Shown here: in pieces, positions 33,144-43,976 of the stretch
How the letters are laid out: each line of letters begins with the position of its first letter
Position numbering within the stretch: position 1 is the stretch's first letter
Notes under the pieces: generated by a model
What the model saw: the letters and a program-made list of their open reading frames with translations, nothing else
Told to the model about the DNA's origin: nothing
Database searches by the model: none
Made by a program: the position numbers and the translations under genes
Assembly (NCBI GenBank): GCA_965219415.1
Contig: CBDCNP010000002.1
Span: forward strand, 4,384,001 to 4,448,000
Direction of reading: 5' to 3'
DNA: 64,000 nucleotides
DNA from: Candidatus Marinacidobacterales bacterium
GTDB taxonomy: Bacteria > Acidobacteriota > Vicinamibacteria > Marinacidobacterales > DATDRI01

Positions 33144-33182
33144 TGTGCACTCCTCCTCAAGTTCGAGTGAACGGTGAAATGA

Positions 33183-33215
33183 GCCGAGGCCCGTCTCTTC
33201 TGGAGATGGACCCGG
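33183..33215 (-). promoter_or_regulatory. GC-rich hairpin between the leader ORF and the TonB receptor
   Basis: GCCGAGGCCCGTCTC-TTCTG-GAGATGGACCCGGC imperfect inverted repeat. Confidence 0.45.
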
Positions 33216-33226
33216 CGAGGATGGAG

Positions 33227-33520
33227 TTAGGCCGGTGGAGCGCGAGAGGGGGCTAGCTCAACGCTACCCCCATTTTCGTCAGACGGAATGTTCGGTAGCG
33301 TCCCGGATCGGCTGGTGGAAGGCAGTTCGCAAGGGAGCCATGCCGTATCCAATTGAAGAGGCTGGTGCCCTACCTTACAAAGGAGACACTCAGGAGGGTC
33401 CCCACCCGCATCATTGGTGTGATGAGGGATAGAGGCGACGGTGATGAGAACCAACGCCGCGAAGCCAAGCAGTAGCACCAACCACCGGGGTGATAGACGG
33501 AATTGTCTGAAATCCCACAT
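33227..33520 (-). CDS. DUF2946/CruR-like leader protein (TM, HH, CxxC, C-terminal RAPP)
   Basis: GAGGTG RBS; hydrophobic segment, PHH, ECLLC, ends SRAPPA. Confidence 0.75.
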   Translation of the reverse strand: MWDFRQFRLSPRWLVLLLGFAALVLITVASIPHHTNDAGGDPPECLLCKVGHQPLQLDTAWLPCELPSTSRSGTLPNIPSDENGGSVELAPSRAPPA

Positions 33521-33538
33521 CTTGGCCTTCACCTCTAT

Positions 33539-33558
33539 AGTGATTGTAACGTATCACT
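33539..33558. promoter_or_regulatory. Palindromic operator candidate (Fur/Zur-like)
   Basis: AGTGAT-TGTAACGT-ATCACT directly upstream of the leader RBS. Confidence 0.5.
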
Positions 33559-33585
33559 GCCTTGGTGCACAACTCGCGATCTCGG

Positions 33586-34178
33586 TGTCTTTATGGTTGC
33601 GCAAGAAAGCCATCCATCGTTTCAGCTGGTCGGGCTCCGCGGGACGCCGCGGCAGGTATCGCGACACCGTGATCTCGGAGATGATGAAACCGAGCTTGGT
33701 GAGCTCAGCATGGATGCGTGGCGCCCCCCAGCCGTCTTGCGCCATCGTGCGGACGAGGCGACGAATCTCGGCATCAATCCGAGGCCGACCGGGATGGCGG
33801 CGCTGCGAGATCTTTGCCCAGTACCGTCGGAATCGGTCGCGATGCCAACGGGCTACGGTGTCCGCGTGGACGATGAGCAGGCGGCTCGCCCACACGGGCC
33901 ACGAACCTCGAAGGGCAACCCAGAAAGCCCGTTCCGTGTCGTCGAGCGGTGGGCGTGGGCGCTCTTTCTTCAGCGCCGTCACTTGCTGCCGCAAAGCGAC
34001 GTTCTCCAACACCAGGTCGGCGCGGCGCCGACATATCGCCCGAATGGCACGGACGCCAAGTGAGACGAGGAAGACAACAACGTTGAGCATAGCGGCGGAG
34101 TTTCGCCGTCTTCGGCCCGGAATTCAAGCGGAGCGTAAGTCCTTGATTTCGTGGGCGGAGCAGTTTTGACGATGCACA
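33586..34178 (-). mobile_element. rve lineage A, 5' half
   Basis: Left end present; ORF truncated after LRNHKD. Confidence 0.88.
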
Positions 34179-34826
34179 CCCGTCGATGAGGCGTGCGGGG
34201 ACCAGCACGTGACGGATGGCTTTAAATCACTGTAGTACAAGAGGATAGAACGACGTAGGCACCAGGGCTTCTCTGAGTTTTCGCTACATTGCCCCACCAC
34301 GCGCGCGGCGAAAGCGCGACGTAACACTCTATAAACTCTATAAATACCTTTTACCGAGACCGGATAGCTCCGAACTGCACCATCCGCCACTCAGTCTTGC
34401 AAATTGTGGCACTGCAGAGACGGGTGAGATTTTCCGCGCGGTTGGCGGGGTTTTGCAAGAGTAGGTGGCACCAGAGACGCGCTAGAAGGGCGGAACGGGC
34501 CTCATTTTTGGGATTCGTCTCTAATCGCGATTTTCGAGTGCCACGTTTGCGCCCAGTAGGAGAACGGGCACTGACCGGGCCGTGCAGCGTCGGAAAAGAG
34601 GCTACCCGAGGGGTCCAGAATCGAGGCCAGGGCTACCGCGGCGCAGTGGGGTAGCACGTTCTGGTCCAGGTGTGCCTTGGCCTCCTTGATGTCCTTATCT
34701 TGTCTCGAATTAGGCCTCAACTAGAGTCCGCCAAGGTTTGAGCGAAGCTTCCTCCCGCGAAGCCGAGCTTTGAGGACTCTGTCCTCCTCAAGCGCTATGG
34801 TCCTTCTGTAATTTGGTGCTGATATC

Positions 34827-37289
34827 ATGGCCGGAGCAATGGACAAGAAAAGCCTCAGTGAACGTGACATCTGCACCAAGTTCATCACACCGGCCTTGCG
34901 CCAGGCCGGGTGGGACGAGATGGCGCAAATCCGCGAGGAGGTGAGCTTCACCAAGGGCCGCATCATCGTGCGCGGCAAACTGGTCAGCCGGGGAAAGGGC
35001 AAGCGGGCCGACTACATCCTTTATTACAAGTCGAGCATACCCATCGCCCTGATCGAGGCCAAGGATAACACCCACGCCATCGGCGACGGGATGCAGCAGG
35101 GGCTGGACTACGCCGAGACCCTGAATATCCCCTTCGTGTTTTCCTCCAACGGCGACGGCTTCGTCTTCCACGACCGGACGGGAGCAGGCGCCGAGCGGGA
35201 AACGACCCTCGGTCTTGACGCTTTCCCACCGCCCGGCGACCTGTGGGCGCGCTATCGCGCCTGGAAGGGGCTGACGCCCGAGGCCGAAGCCATCGTCCTC
35301 CAGGACTATTTCGACGATGGCGGCGATAAAGCCCCGCGCTACTACCAGGTCAACGCCATCAACGCCGCCATCGAAGCCATCGCCAAGGGGGACGAACGAA
35401 TCCTGCTGGTCATGGCGACCGGCACCGGCAAGACCTATACCGCTTTTCAAATCATCTGGCGGCTTTGGAAAGCGGGCCGCAAGAAGCGCATCCTGTTTCT
35501 GGCAGATCGCAACGTGTTGATCGACCAAACCATGGTCAACGACTTCCGGCCTTTCGGCGCGGCGATGGCGAAGCTCTCAACGAAAGCCAAGACCATCGAA
35601 CGCGCGGACGGCACTTCCGAAGACCTGACCAGCGCCATCGACGAAAGACGGCGCATCGACACCGCCTATGAAATCTATCTCAGCCTCTATCAGGCGATTA
35701 CTGGACCGGAAGAACACCAGAAGATTTTCCGCGAGTTCTCGCCCGGCTTCTTCGACCTCATCGTGATCGACGAGTGTCATCGCGGTAGCGCCGCCGAGGA
35801 TTCAGCTTGGCGGGAGATTCTAGAATATTTCTCGTCGGCCACCCAAATCGGCCTCACCGCCACGCCCAGGGAAACCCGCTACGTTTCCAACGTCCATTAT
35901 TTCGGCGAGCCGGTGTACACCTATTCCCTGAAGGAGGGTATCCGAGACGGTTTTCTGGCACCCTACAAGGTCGTCAAAATTCATATTGATCGCGACGTGG
36001 AGGGCTATCGTCCCGAGAAGGGGCAGCTTGACCGCAATGGCGAAGAAGTCGAGGACCACATCTACAACATCAAGGACTTCGACCGCACGCTGGTCCTGGA
36101 TGAGCGGACCAAGCTCGTGGCCCGGAAGGTCACGGCGTTCTTGAAGGAAAGCGGAGACCGTTTCCAGAAAGCGATTGTTTTCTGCGTGGACCAGGAACAC
36201 GCCGCTCGCGTGCGCCAGGCACTCATCAACGAAAACGCCGACCTGGTGGAAAAGAACCACCGCTACGTCATGCGCATCACCGGCGCCGACATTGAGGGGC
36301 AGGCGCAACTCAGCAACTTCATCGACCCGGAATCCAGATACCCCGTGTTGGTCACGACATCACGGCTGCTATCGACCGGCGTCGATGTGCAGACTTGCCG
36401 GCTCATCGTGCTCGACCGCGAGGTCGGCTCCATGACCGAGTTCAAGCAGATCATCGGGCGGGGGACGCGCGTACATGAGGACACCCGCAAGTTCTACTTC
36501 ACCTTGATGGATTTTCGGGGTGCGACCACCCATTTCGCGGACCCGGATTTCGACGGCGAACCAGTGCAGATATACGAACCCGGCGATGACGACCCCATCC
36601 TGCCTCCCGAAGATATTTCACCTACTGCCCCCAGCGATGACCCCATACCGCCGGAACCGGGCGATGACGAAACCGTCGTTGACGAACCGCCCGACATCAC
36701 CATACCGAATACCGGTGTTGGCGTGCGCAAGGTCTATGTGGACGGCGTCGCCGCGACCATCGTCGCCGAACGGGTGGAATATCTTGATGAGAACGGCAAG
36801 CTCGTTACCGAATCCCTACGCGACTTCACAAAAAAGGCGCTGAGGAAGCGCTTCGCCAGCCTCGATGACTTCTTGAAGCGCTGGAAAGCCGCCGAACGCA
36901 AGCAGGCGATCATCGAAGAGCTGGAAGCCGAAGGATTGCCGCTCGACCTCATCGCCTTGGAATTGGGCAAGGACCTTGACCCCTTCGACCTCATCTGCCA
37001 TGTCGTCTTCGATGCCAAGCCGCTGACCCGGCGCGAGCGGGCCGACAACGTCAAGAAGCGGGACGTGTTCAACAAGTACGGAGACCAGGCCCGCGCTGTG
37101 CTCGACGCGTTGCTCGCCAAGTACGCCGACGAAGGTGTGTTCAACCTCGACGATGTCACCGTGCTGCGCATCCCACCCTTTACCCAACTCGGCACGCCGG
37201 TTCAGTTGATCGAGGTCTTCGGCGGAAGAGCGGGTTTCATCGAGGCCGTCCACGAGCTTCAATCCGCCCTCTATCGGGAGACCGCATAG
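34827..37289 (+). CDS. hsdR: Type I restriction subunit (EcoAI/EcoEI type)
   Basis: ADYIL..IEAK, MATGTGKT, DECH, TAT, QIIGRGTR. Confidence 0.95.
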   Translation: MAGAMDKKSLSERDICTKFITPALRQAGWDEMAQIREEVSFTKGRIIVRGKLVSRGKGKRADYILYYKSSIPIALIEAKDNTHAIGDGMQQGLDYAETLNIPFVFSSNGDGFVFHDRTGAGAERETTLGLDAFPPPGDLWARYRAWKGLTPEAEAIVLQDYFDDGGDKAPRYYQVNAINAAIEAIAKGDERILLVMATGTGKTYTAFQIIWRLWKAGRKKRILFLADRNVLIDQTMVNDFRPFGAAMAKLSTKAKTIERADGTSEDLTSAIDERRRIDTAYEIYLSLYQAITGPEEHQKIFREFSPGFFDLIVIDECHRGSAAEDSAWREILEYFSSATQIGLTATPRETRYVSNVHYFGEPVYTYSLKEGIRDGFLAPYKVVKIHIDRDVEGYRPEKGQLDRNGEEVEDHIYNIKDFDRTLVLDERTKLVARKVTAFLKESGDRFQKAIVFCVDQEHAARVRQALINENADLVEKNHRYVMRITGADIEGQAQLSNFIDPESRYPVLVTTSRLLSTGVDVQTCRLIVLDREVGSMTEFKQIIGRGTRVHEDTRKFYFTLMDFRGATTHFADPDFDGEPVQIYEPGDDDPILPPEDISPTAPSDDPIPPEPGDDETVVDEPPDITIPNTGVGVRKVYVDGVAATIVAERVEYLDENGKLVTESLRDFTKKALRKRFASLDDFLKRWKAAERKQAIIEELEAEGLPLDLIALELGKDLDPFDLICHVVFDAKPLTRRERADNVKKRDVFNKYGDQARAVLDALLAKYADEGVFNLDDVTVLRIPPFTQLGTPVQLIEVFGGRAGFIEAVHELQSALYRETA

Positions 37290-37292
37290 CCC

Positions 37293-38750
37293 ATGTCCGT
37301 CCGCACCCTCGTCAAATCTATCCAGAACCTCATGCGTCAGGACACCGGCGTTGACGGCGACGCCCAGCGCATCAGCCAGTTATGCTGGATGTTCTTCCTC
37401 AAGATCATCGACGATCAGGATCAGGAACTGGAGTTGATGCAGCCCGGCTACGTCTCTCCGATCCCCAAGCGCTACCAATGGCGGGCCTGGGCGGCAGACC
37501 CCGAAGGCATTACCGGTGAAGAACTACTTGCCTTCATAGACGACGGCCTGTTCCCGGCTTTGAAGAACCTCCGGATGACAGGGCCTCACGGCAACCGACG
37601 CCGCGTCGTCCGCGCTGTGTTCGAAGATGCCCACAACTATATGAAGTCAGGCCAGTTGATGCGTCAGGTGGTCAACAAGATCAACGGCGTCGACTTCAAC
37701 AACCTGACCGAACGCCAGCATTTCGGAGACATCTACGAGCAGATTCTCAACGACCTGCAATCGGCGGGCAACGCCGGCGAATACTATACGCCCCGCGCCG
37801 TCACCGCCTTCATGGTCGACCGTATTGACCCGAAGCTTGGCGAGAGCTTGCTCGATCCCGCCTGCGGCACCGGAGGATTCCTCACCTGTTCGCTGCGTCA
37901 CATGCGCGAGCGCTACGTCAAGCGGCCTGAGGATGAGCAGAACATGCAGGCGGCGTTGCGCGCAGTGGAGAAAAAGCAGCTTCCGCACATGCTCTGCGTC
38001 ACCAACATGCTACTGCATGGCATCGAGGACCCGAGCTTCGTCCGCCACGACAACACCCTGGCCCGCCCCTATATCAGCTGGGAGCGGAAGGATCGAGTGG
38101 ACATCGTGCTTACCAATCCACCCTTTGGCGGCAAGGAGGAAGATGGGATCGAGTCGAACTTCCCGCAACATTTCCGCACGCGGGAGACAGCAGACTTGTT
38201 CCTCGCTCTCATCATTCGCTTGTTGAAGCCGACTGGTCGCGCTGCCGTGGTTCTGCCCGACGGGTCGCTGTTTGGCGAGGGCGTCAAGACACGCCTCAAG
38301 GAACACTTGATGGAGGAATGCAACCTCCACACCATCGTCCGCCTGCCCAATTCTGTGTTCCGGCCCTATGCCTCCATCGGCACTAACCTGCTGTTCCTTG
38401 AGAAGGGCGAGCCGACCGGGGACATCTGGTTCTACGAACATCTCGTGCCAGAGGGCCAGAAGGCCTATTCCATGACCCGGCCGATCCGGCTGGAGCACTT
38501 ACAAGGTTGCATCGGCTGGTGGGGTGGGGCGGACCGTGAGGGCCGGAAGGAGACGGAGCGCGCCTGGAATGTGACGGCCGACGAGGTCAAGGCGCGTGGC
38601 TACAACCTTGACATCAAGAACCCGCACACACAAGACGACGACCACGGCGCCCCGGAGGAACTGCTGAAGGAACTGACTGCTGCCGAGGCTGAAACGGCGG
38701 CCTTGCGCGAACGCTTGAAGGCGATCCTGACTGAGGCGCTCATGCGATGA
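37293..38750 (+). CDS. hsdM: Type I N6-adenine methyltransferase
   Basis: GEYYTPR, DPACGTGGFL, NPPF. Confidence 0.95.
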   Translation: MSVRTLVKSIQNLMRQDTGVDGDAQRISQLCWMFFLKIIDDQDQELELMQPGYVSPIPKRYQWRAWAADPEGITGEELLAFIDDGLFPALKNLRMTGPHGNRRRVVRAVFEDAHNYMKSGQLMRQVVNKINGVDFNNLTERQHFGDIYEQILNDLQSAGNAGEYYTPRAVTAFMVDRIDPKLGESLLDPACGTGGFLTCSLRHMRERYVKRPEDEQNMQAALRAVEKKQLPHMLCVTNMLLHGIEDPSFVRHDNTLARPYISWERKDRVDIVLTNPPFGGKEEDGIESNFPQHFRTRETADLFLALIIRLLKPTGRAAVVLPDGSLFGEGVKTRLKEHLMEECNLHTIVRLPNSVFRPYASIGTNLLFLEKGEPTGDIWFYEHLVPEGQKAYSMTRPIRLEHLQGCIGWWGGADREGRKETERAWNVTADEVKARGYNLDIKNPHTQDDDHGAPEELLKELTAAEAETAALRERLKAILTEALMR

Positions 38751-40480
38751 ACGCCGATCGATTGCTGGCCTATTACGAACGGATCGCCGACGCTCCGGAT
38801 GCGATTGTGTGCTTTCGCCGCTTCATTCTCGATCTGGCCGTGCGTGGCAAGCTGGTGGAGCAAGAGCCGAACGACGAACCGGCGTCGGAACTGCTGAAGC
38901 GAATCGCGACGAAGAAAGCGCGGTTGGTGAAGACAAGAAAGACTAAGAGTCGCGACCTGCTTAACGGCGTCAATAGTGATGAATTTCCTTTTGGCATTCC
39001 CGCTGCGTGGTGCTGGGTAAGGTTTGGGAACATCGCGGACTACTCAGCAGGGCGGACTCCAAGTCGGAACGAGCCGTCCTTTTGGAATTCAGGTGATCGT
39101 GCCTGGGTCAGTATTGCAGACATGAAAGATGGCGAGACACTCACCTCGACAAAGGAGACTGTAACCAAGAAAGCCGCAAGACAGGTCTTTGGAGCTGAAC
39201 CCGAGCAAATCGGCACGATAATCATGAGCTTCAAGTTGACGATTGGAAAGATTGCAAGGCTCGGGATTCCCGCCTACCACAATGAAGCGATTATCTCGAT
39301 ACGACCATATGTCTCGGACCTTGATTCCCACCTCTTTAAAGTGTTGCCCATTTTTGCGCGACAAGGGAATACGAAAGGAGCGATAAAGGGAGCTACCCTC
39401 AATCGAAAGTCAATTTCAAACATTCTGATTCCCCTTCCACCCCTCGCCGAGCAGCACCGCATCGTCGCCAAGGTCAATGAACTGATAGCGCTCTGCGACC
39501 GGCTGGAGGCGGCGCGTGCGGAGCGGGAGGCGACGCGCGACAGGCTTTCAGCGGCGATCCTCGCCCACCTCGACGTACCAGATCCCGACCCGACGGTGTT
39601 TCAGGGCCACGCGGCCTTCGCCCTCCAAAACTTCGCGCCACTCACCACACGCTCCGACCAGATCAAGGCCCTCCGTCAAACCATTCTCAACCTCGCCGTG
39701 CGCGGCAAGCTGGTCGAACAGGACCCGAACGATGAACCGGCGTCGGAATTGCTGAAGCGCGCGGAGATGACAAAGGCCGAGGCGACGATTGAGCGCAAGA
39801 TCCGAAAAAATAGCGAGCCTGAGCTGTCAGAATCGGCAGGGGAAAACGGATCTCCAAGTCACTGGGTTTGGGCGTATCTTCATGATTTCGCTCTGGTGCT
39901 TGGTGGAAAGCGCTTGCCGTCTGATGCATCTCTTTCCCACGAGCAGACTGGCAACATTTACATTCGCGTTACAGATATGAAGGATGGATCCATTTCGGCT
40001 GAAGATCTGCAATACATCTCGGACGATGTGCGGGCTCGGATTGCCAAGTACACTATTGATCGCGAGGACCTGTACATCACGATCGCTGGAACGATCGGAG
40101 AGGTCGGCGAGGTACCAGAACGCTTTCACGGCCAGAATCTGACTGAGAACGCGGCGAAGATCGTATTCCGTGAAGTGGATAGGAAGTTTCTCCTGCTAGT
40201 TCTCCGATCGAACGACGTGCAAGAACAGTTTCAAGAAAAGACGAAGCAGATGGCCCAGCCAAAACTGGCGCTTAAGCGAATCGCCGGTGCTCGCATACCT
40301 CTCCCACCCCTAGCCGAGCAACACCGCATCGTCGCCAAAGTTGATGAACTCATGGCTCTGTGCGACCGAATGGAAATCAATCTTGGTATTGCGGACACTG
40401 GCCGCCAACACCTTCTCGAATCGCTTCTTCGGGACGTGCTAGTGCCAAGTAACGAACCGTGCAAAGTGCGAAGACAATGA
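38747..40480 (+). CDS. hsdS: Type I specificity subunit
   Basis: Two TRDs, duplicated LAVRGKLVEQ.PNDEPASELL and PLPPLAEQHRIVAKV. Confidence 0.95.
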   Translation: MNADRLLAYYERIADAPDAIVCFRRFILDLAVRGKLVEQEPNDEPASELLKRIATKKARLVKTRKTKSRDLLNGVNSDEFPFGIPAAWCWVRFGNIADYSAGRTPSRNEPSFWNSGDRAWVSIADMKDGETLTSTKETVTKKAARQVFGAEPEQIGTIIMSFKLTIGKIARLGIPAYHNEAIISIRPYVSDLDSHLFKVLPIFARQGNTKGAIKGATLNRKSISNILIPLPPLAEQHRIVAKVNELIALCDRLEAARAEREATRDRLSAAILAHLDVPDPDPTVFQGHAAFALQNFAPLTTRSDQIKALRQTILNLAVRGKLVEQDPNDEPASELLKRAEMTKAEATIERKIRKNSEPELSESAGENGSPSHWVWAYLHDFALVLGGKRLPSDASLSHEQTGNIYIRVTDMKDGSISAEDLQYISDDVRARIAKYTIDREDLYITIAGTIGEVGEVPERFHGQNLTENAAKIVFREVDRKFLLLVLRSNDVQEQFQEKTKQMAQPKLALKRIAGARIPLPPLAEQHRIVAKVDELMALCDRMEINLGIADTGRQHLLESLLRDVLVPSNEPCKVRRQ

Positions 40481-40628
40481 CTGAACACAGCTACACGGTT
40501 GAAGTCCAGCCCGACTTCCTTGAGCGGCAGTCAAAGGCAAGACCGGTCCAGGCCGTCGCCGAGCTGATCTGGAACGGCCTCGACGCCGATGCGAGCCGCG
40601 TCGATGTGCGGCTGGAATACGGCGAACT
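40477..40628 (+). pseudogene. GHKL (MORC-like) ATPase N-terminus, coupled to hsdS and cut by an IS1 end
   Basis: MTEHSYTVEVQPDFLE...AVAELIWNGLDADA (ExxxNxxDA). Confidence 0.75.
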
Positions 40629-40874
40629 GGTGCTTCCGCCATCAAGTGTTGCTACGCCGTGTTTGAATGCTAGTGTCAGCTGGCCTGCCTGTGTCGGCGA
40701 ACGCCACTAATTAAGGATGTCGGCGTGCACACGAAGGTGTCTCTGAACGTCAGGCACCGTGTGGTCAGCCCAGCCCGCATCGCCGAAAGAACTGCGTCTC
40801 TCGAAATCGGGCCCCAAACTCTAGCACACGAGCGGGTTACGCGGCAGCCACCAACACTTGATTGCGGAAGCACC
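40629..40874 (-). mobile_element. Internally deleted IS1-family mini element (246 bp)
   Basis: Both TIRs present; AMRAGLTTRCLTFRDTF remnant. Confidence 0.8.
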
Positions 40875-40902
40875 CTTAGCTATAGAATGGGAATGATGAA
40901 TC

Positions 40903-41417
40903 GTGGCGACTAAAAAGCAACTTCCCTACCGTTCAACCAGAAGGCGGACTACACAGGATACAGAAGCCGATGCGAAGAGGCGGAAGTACTTCGAGAAATA
41001 TCTCTATTATCTGGAAGGTCTGGCGGACTACTCCCAAGCCAACCATTCCTACGGAAGCGCCAAGGACGACTATCGTACGTTGGGATGGGCGATAGGGAGA
41101 CAGATTGTTGCGTTCTATCTTATTGAGATGCTCCTTAGGATCGACTACGAACGTCGAGGAATCACTTGTGGCACCGCCACCCACAATCTGGCGCGTCTCT
41201 TCCGCGACCTTCCTAGAGACAGTCGAGATTCCGTCGAGAAAGTCTACAAGCGCATTCTAAACAACGAGGTCGAATGGACTTGGGATATTTGCCGAACTGT
41301 CAAGTCCTTTCTCGACTTCCTGGGCAAGAACCCGATTGCCAAGACCAGATACCCGTGGCAGCAACAGCACGAAGGGACGCTCTTCACACCGAACAGTCTC
41401 CGCCCCCTTATCTACGC
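40903..41417 (+). pseudogene. Hypothetical, possibly HEPN-like protein truncated by an rve element
   Basis: EMLLR...THNLARLF...TRYP. Confidence 0.45.
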
Positions 41418-42953
41418 TGTCCATCATCATTATTAATCCGGGACTGGACTCTAGGGCCCGGACCGCCCTCGAGCACATGCTGGAGAGCGTGGTCAGGGCG
41501 CGAGGGAAGGTGCTGAGGACGAACTTCTCGGCGACCAGCCGAGTAACGCGAGCGACCAAGCTGACTCAGGCTGCCTCTAGCCACTCGTATCGATGGTGCA
41601 GTCCACCGACTCGCGGCAGTGCGACTACTTTCGCCGTAGGAGACGGTCGGTGCGTGACCGTTCTCAAGCTCGGTGTGTCCTTGTTCAGCCCCAAGTGGCA
41701 ACGGTCCTCATGATAGTAGCTGATGTAAGCTCGCACGAGCCGGATGAGATGACATGCGCCGAGAACCACCACGTGCTCAAGGAGCTCGCGGCGGCAGCTG
41801 CCGACCCACCGCTCCGCGGTTCCGTTTTGCCATGGGCTGCGAAACGAAGTGCGAACGGGTTTTGTGCCCGTTGCCTTGATGAACTCGATGACCGCAGCGT
41901 TAAAGATGAAGTCGCGATCGAAGATGAGATATCTCGGAGCGGTGTCGTAGGGAAATGCCTCGCGTAGTTGCTGAATAACCCAAGCAGACGTCGGATGGAA
42001 CGTGGCGTTGAAGTGAACGATGTGCCGACGACCGTGCTCGATGACGAAGAAGCCGTACAGCAGCCGGAGCGACGCGGTGGGCACGGTGAACAGATCCATG
42101 GCGACGATATCGTCTTTATGGTTGCGCAAGAAAGCCATCCATCGTTTCAGCTGGTCGGGCTCCGCGGGACGCCGCGGCAGGTATCGCGACACCGTAATCT
42201 CGGAGATGATGAAACCGAGCTTGGTGAGCTCAGCATGGATGCGTGGCGCCCCCCAGCCGTCTTGCGCCATCGTGCGGACGAGGCGACGAATCTCGGCATC
42301 AATCCGAGGCCGACCGGGATGGCGGCGCTGCGAGATCTTTGCCCAGTACCGTCGGAATCGGTCGCGATGCCAACGGGCTACGGTGTCCGCGTGGACGATG
42401 AGCAGGCGGCTCGCCCACACGGGCCACGAACCTCGAAGGGCAACCCAGAAAACCCGTTCCGTGTCGTCGAGCGGTGGGCGTGGGCGCTCTTTCTTCAGCG
42501 CCGTCACTTGCTGCCGCAAAGCGACGTTCTCCAACACCAGATCGGCGCGGCGCTGACACATCGCCCGAATGGCACGAACGCCAAGTGAGACGAGGAAGAC
42601 AACAACGTTGAGCATAGCGGCGGAGTTTCGCCGTCTTCGGCCCGGAATTCAAGCGGAGCGTAAGTCCTTGATTTCGTGGGCGGAGCAGTTTTGACGATGC
42701 ACACCGTTCCGTGTCGTCGAGCGGTGGGCGTGGGCGCTCTTTCTTCAGCGCCGTCACTTGCTGCCGCAAAGCGACGTTCTCCAACACCAGGTCGGCGCGG
42801 CGCCGACACATCGCCCGAATGACACGGACGCCAAGTGAGACGAGGAAGACAACAACGTCGAGCATAGCGGCGGAGTTTCGCCGTCTTCGGCCCGGAATTC
42901 AAGCGGAGCGTAAGTCCTTGATTGCGTGGGCGGAGCAGTTTTGACGATGCACA
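41418..42953 (-). mobile_element. rve lineage A complete copy (41418-42703, CDS 41566-42615) abutting a second left-end fragment (42704-42953)
   Basis: TTTTGACGATGCACA at both 42703 and 42953. Confidence 0.9.
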
Positions 42954-43177
42954 CTAGCACGCGAACAGGTTACACGGCGGCCGCCAACACTTGACTGCGG
43001 AAGCACCCATCGGTGCATCGGTTGCGTGTCCTTCATCGTTAATTATTATCGGCACCCTGAGCATCAGCGGGGGAACCGTCCGGCGCAGCGGGCTTCTGGT
43101 CAGGCTCCATCGTTGTCCTCCGCCGTGATTCGGCCACGGGTGCTCCGCGATAGGCGGGGCGCACACGGACTCTACGC

Positions 43178-43786
43178 CGTCCTTGTGCCAAAACTCGGCC
43201 CTTTTGAAATAAACCACAAATCAGCAGCTTAGACGCTCTTGGAATCCGCGCAGAATCCAGGGTATTTCGCGCCGCAGGGCTGACTTCCGACCCATGGGCT
43301 GGCGGATGAATAAATAGAAGGCACACCTGACGTCGATGCCTTGAGCGTCCGATAGTGTTCACCGCGTGAACAATGTTCTCGTTCGGGTTTGCTCGGACGT
43401 CCGCAACCTTGGTCGGCATGGAGGAAAACCACTAAACTATTACTTCTTCCCGGTCTTCTTCGCGGCGTTAAGTTGTTGTATAATCTTGCTGACTCGATTC
43501 ATGTCGCCGCCGCCGATCGCCCGTATGTTGCGGATCGGCACCTTCTCGATGCCGAGTATGGTAATGAGGAGGTTCTCCAGAATCTTCGCCTCGTCGGATT
43601 TGCGCTTTGCCTTCTTCTTTTGCGCCGCTTTCTTCCCCGTCCTGTGCCAAAACTCGGCCCTTTTGAAATAGACCACAAATCAGCAGCTTAGACGCCCTTG
43701 GAATCCGCGCAGAATCCAGGGTATTTCGCGCCGCAGGGCTGACTTCCGACCCATGGGGCTGGGCGGATGAATAAATAGAAGGCACA
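43178..43786 (+). repeat. Two direct ~148-bp hybrid rve-end mini elements (43178-43325, 43638-43786)
   Basis: CGTCCTGTGCCAAAACTC...GAATAAATAGAAGGCACA; partial copies at 30431-30530 and about 61245-61329. Confidence 0.85.
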
Positions 43787-43976
43787 ACAACCACCAGAGG
43801 CCTCACAGGGCCTTGGCCTATCGGCCGCCGGTGCCGGAGGCCAAAATCCTCCGATCTCAGGTCAGGAGTCGGGTCCCATGGGGTGGACTTCAGATGGTCC
43901 CGAGTCTAACTTAGTCGATGGATCCGTTGGTGGGGGCAGGTTAGAGCCTCCTGCATCCAGGTACGGCAGACAGACC

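Noticed and set aside
38830-39760. Repeats inside hsdS as a shufflon
   Set aside because: These are the normal conserved regions flanking two TRDs; no inverted copies or invertase nearby.
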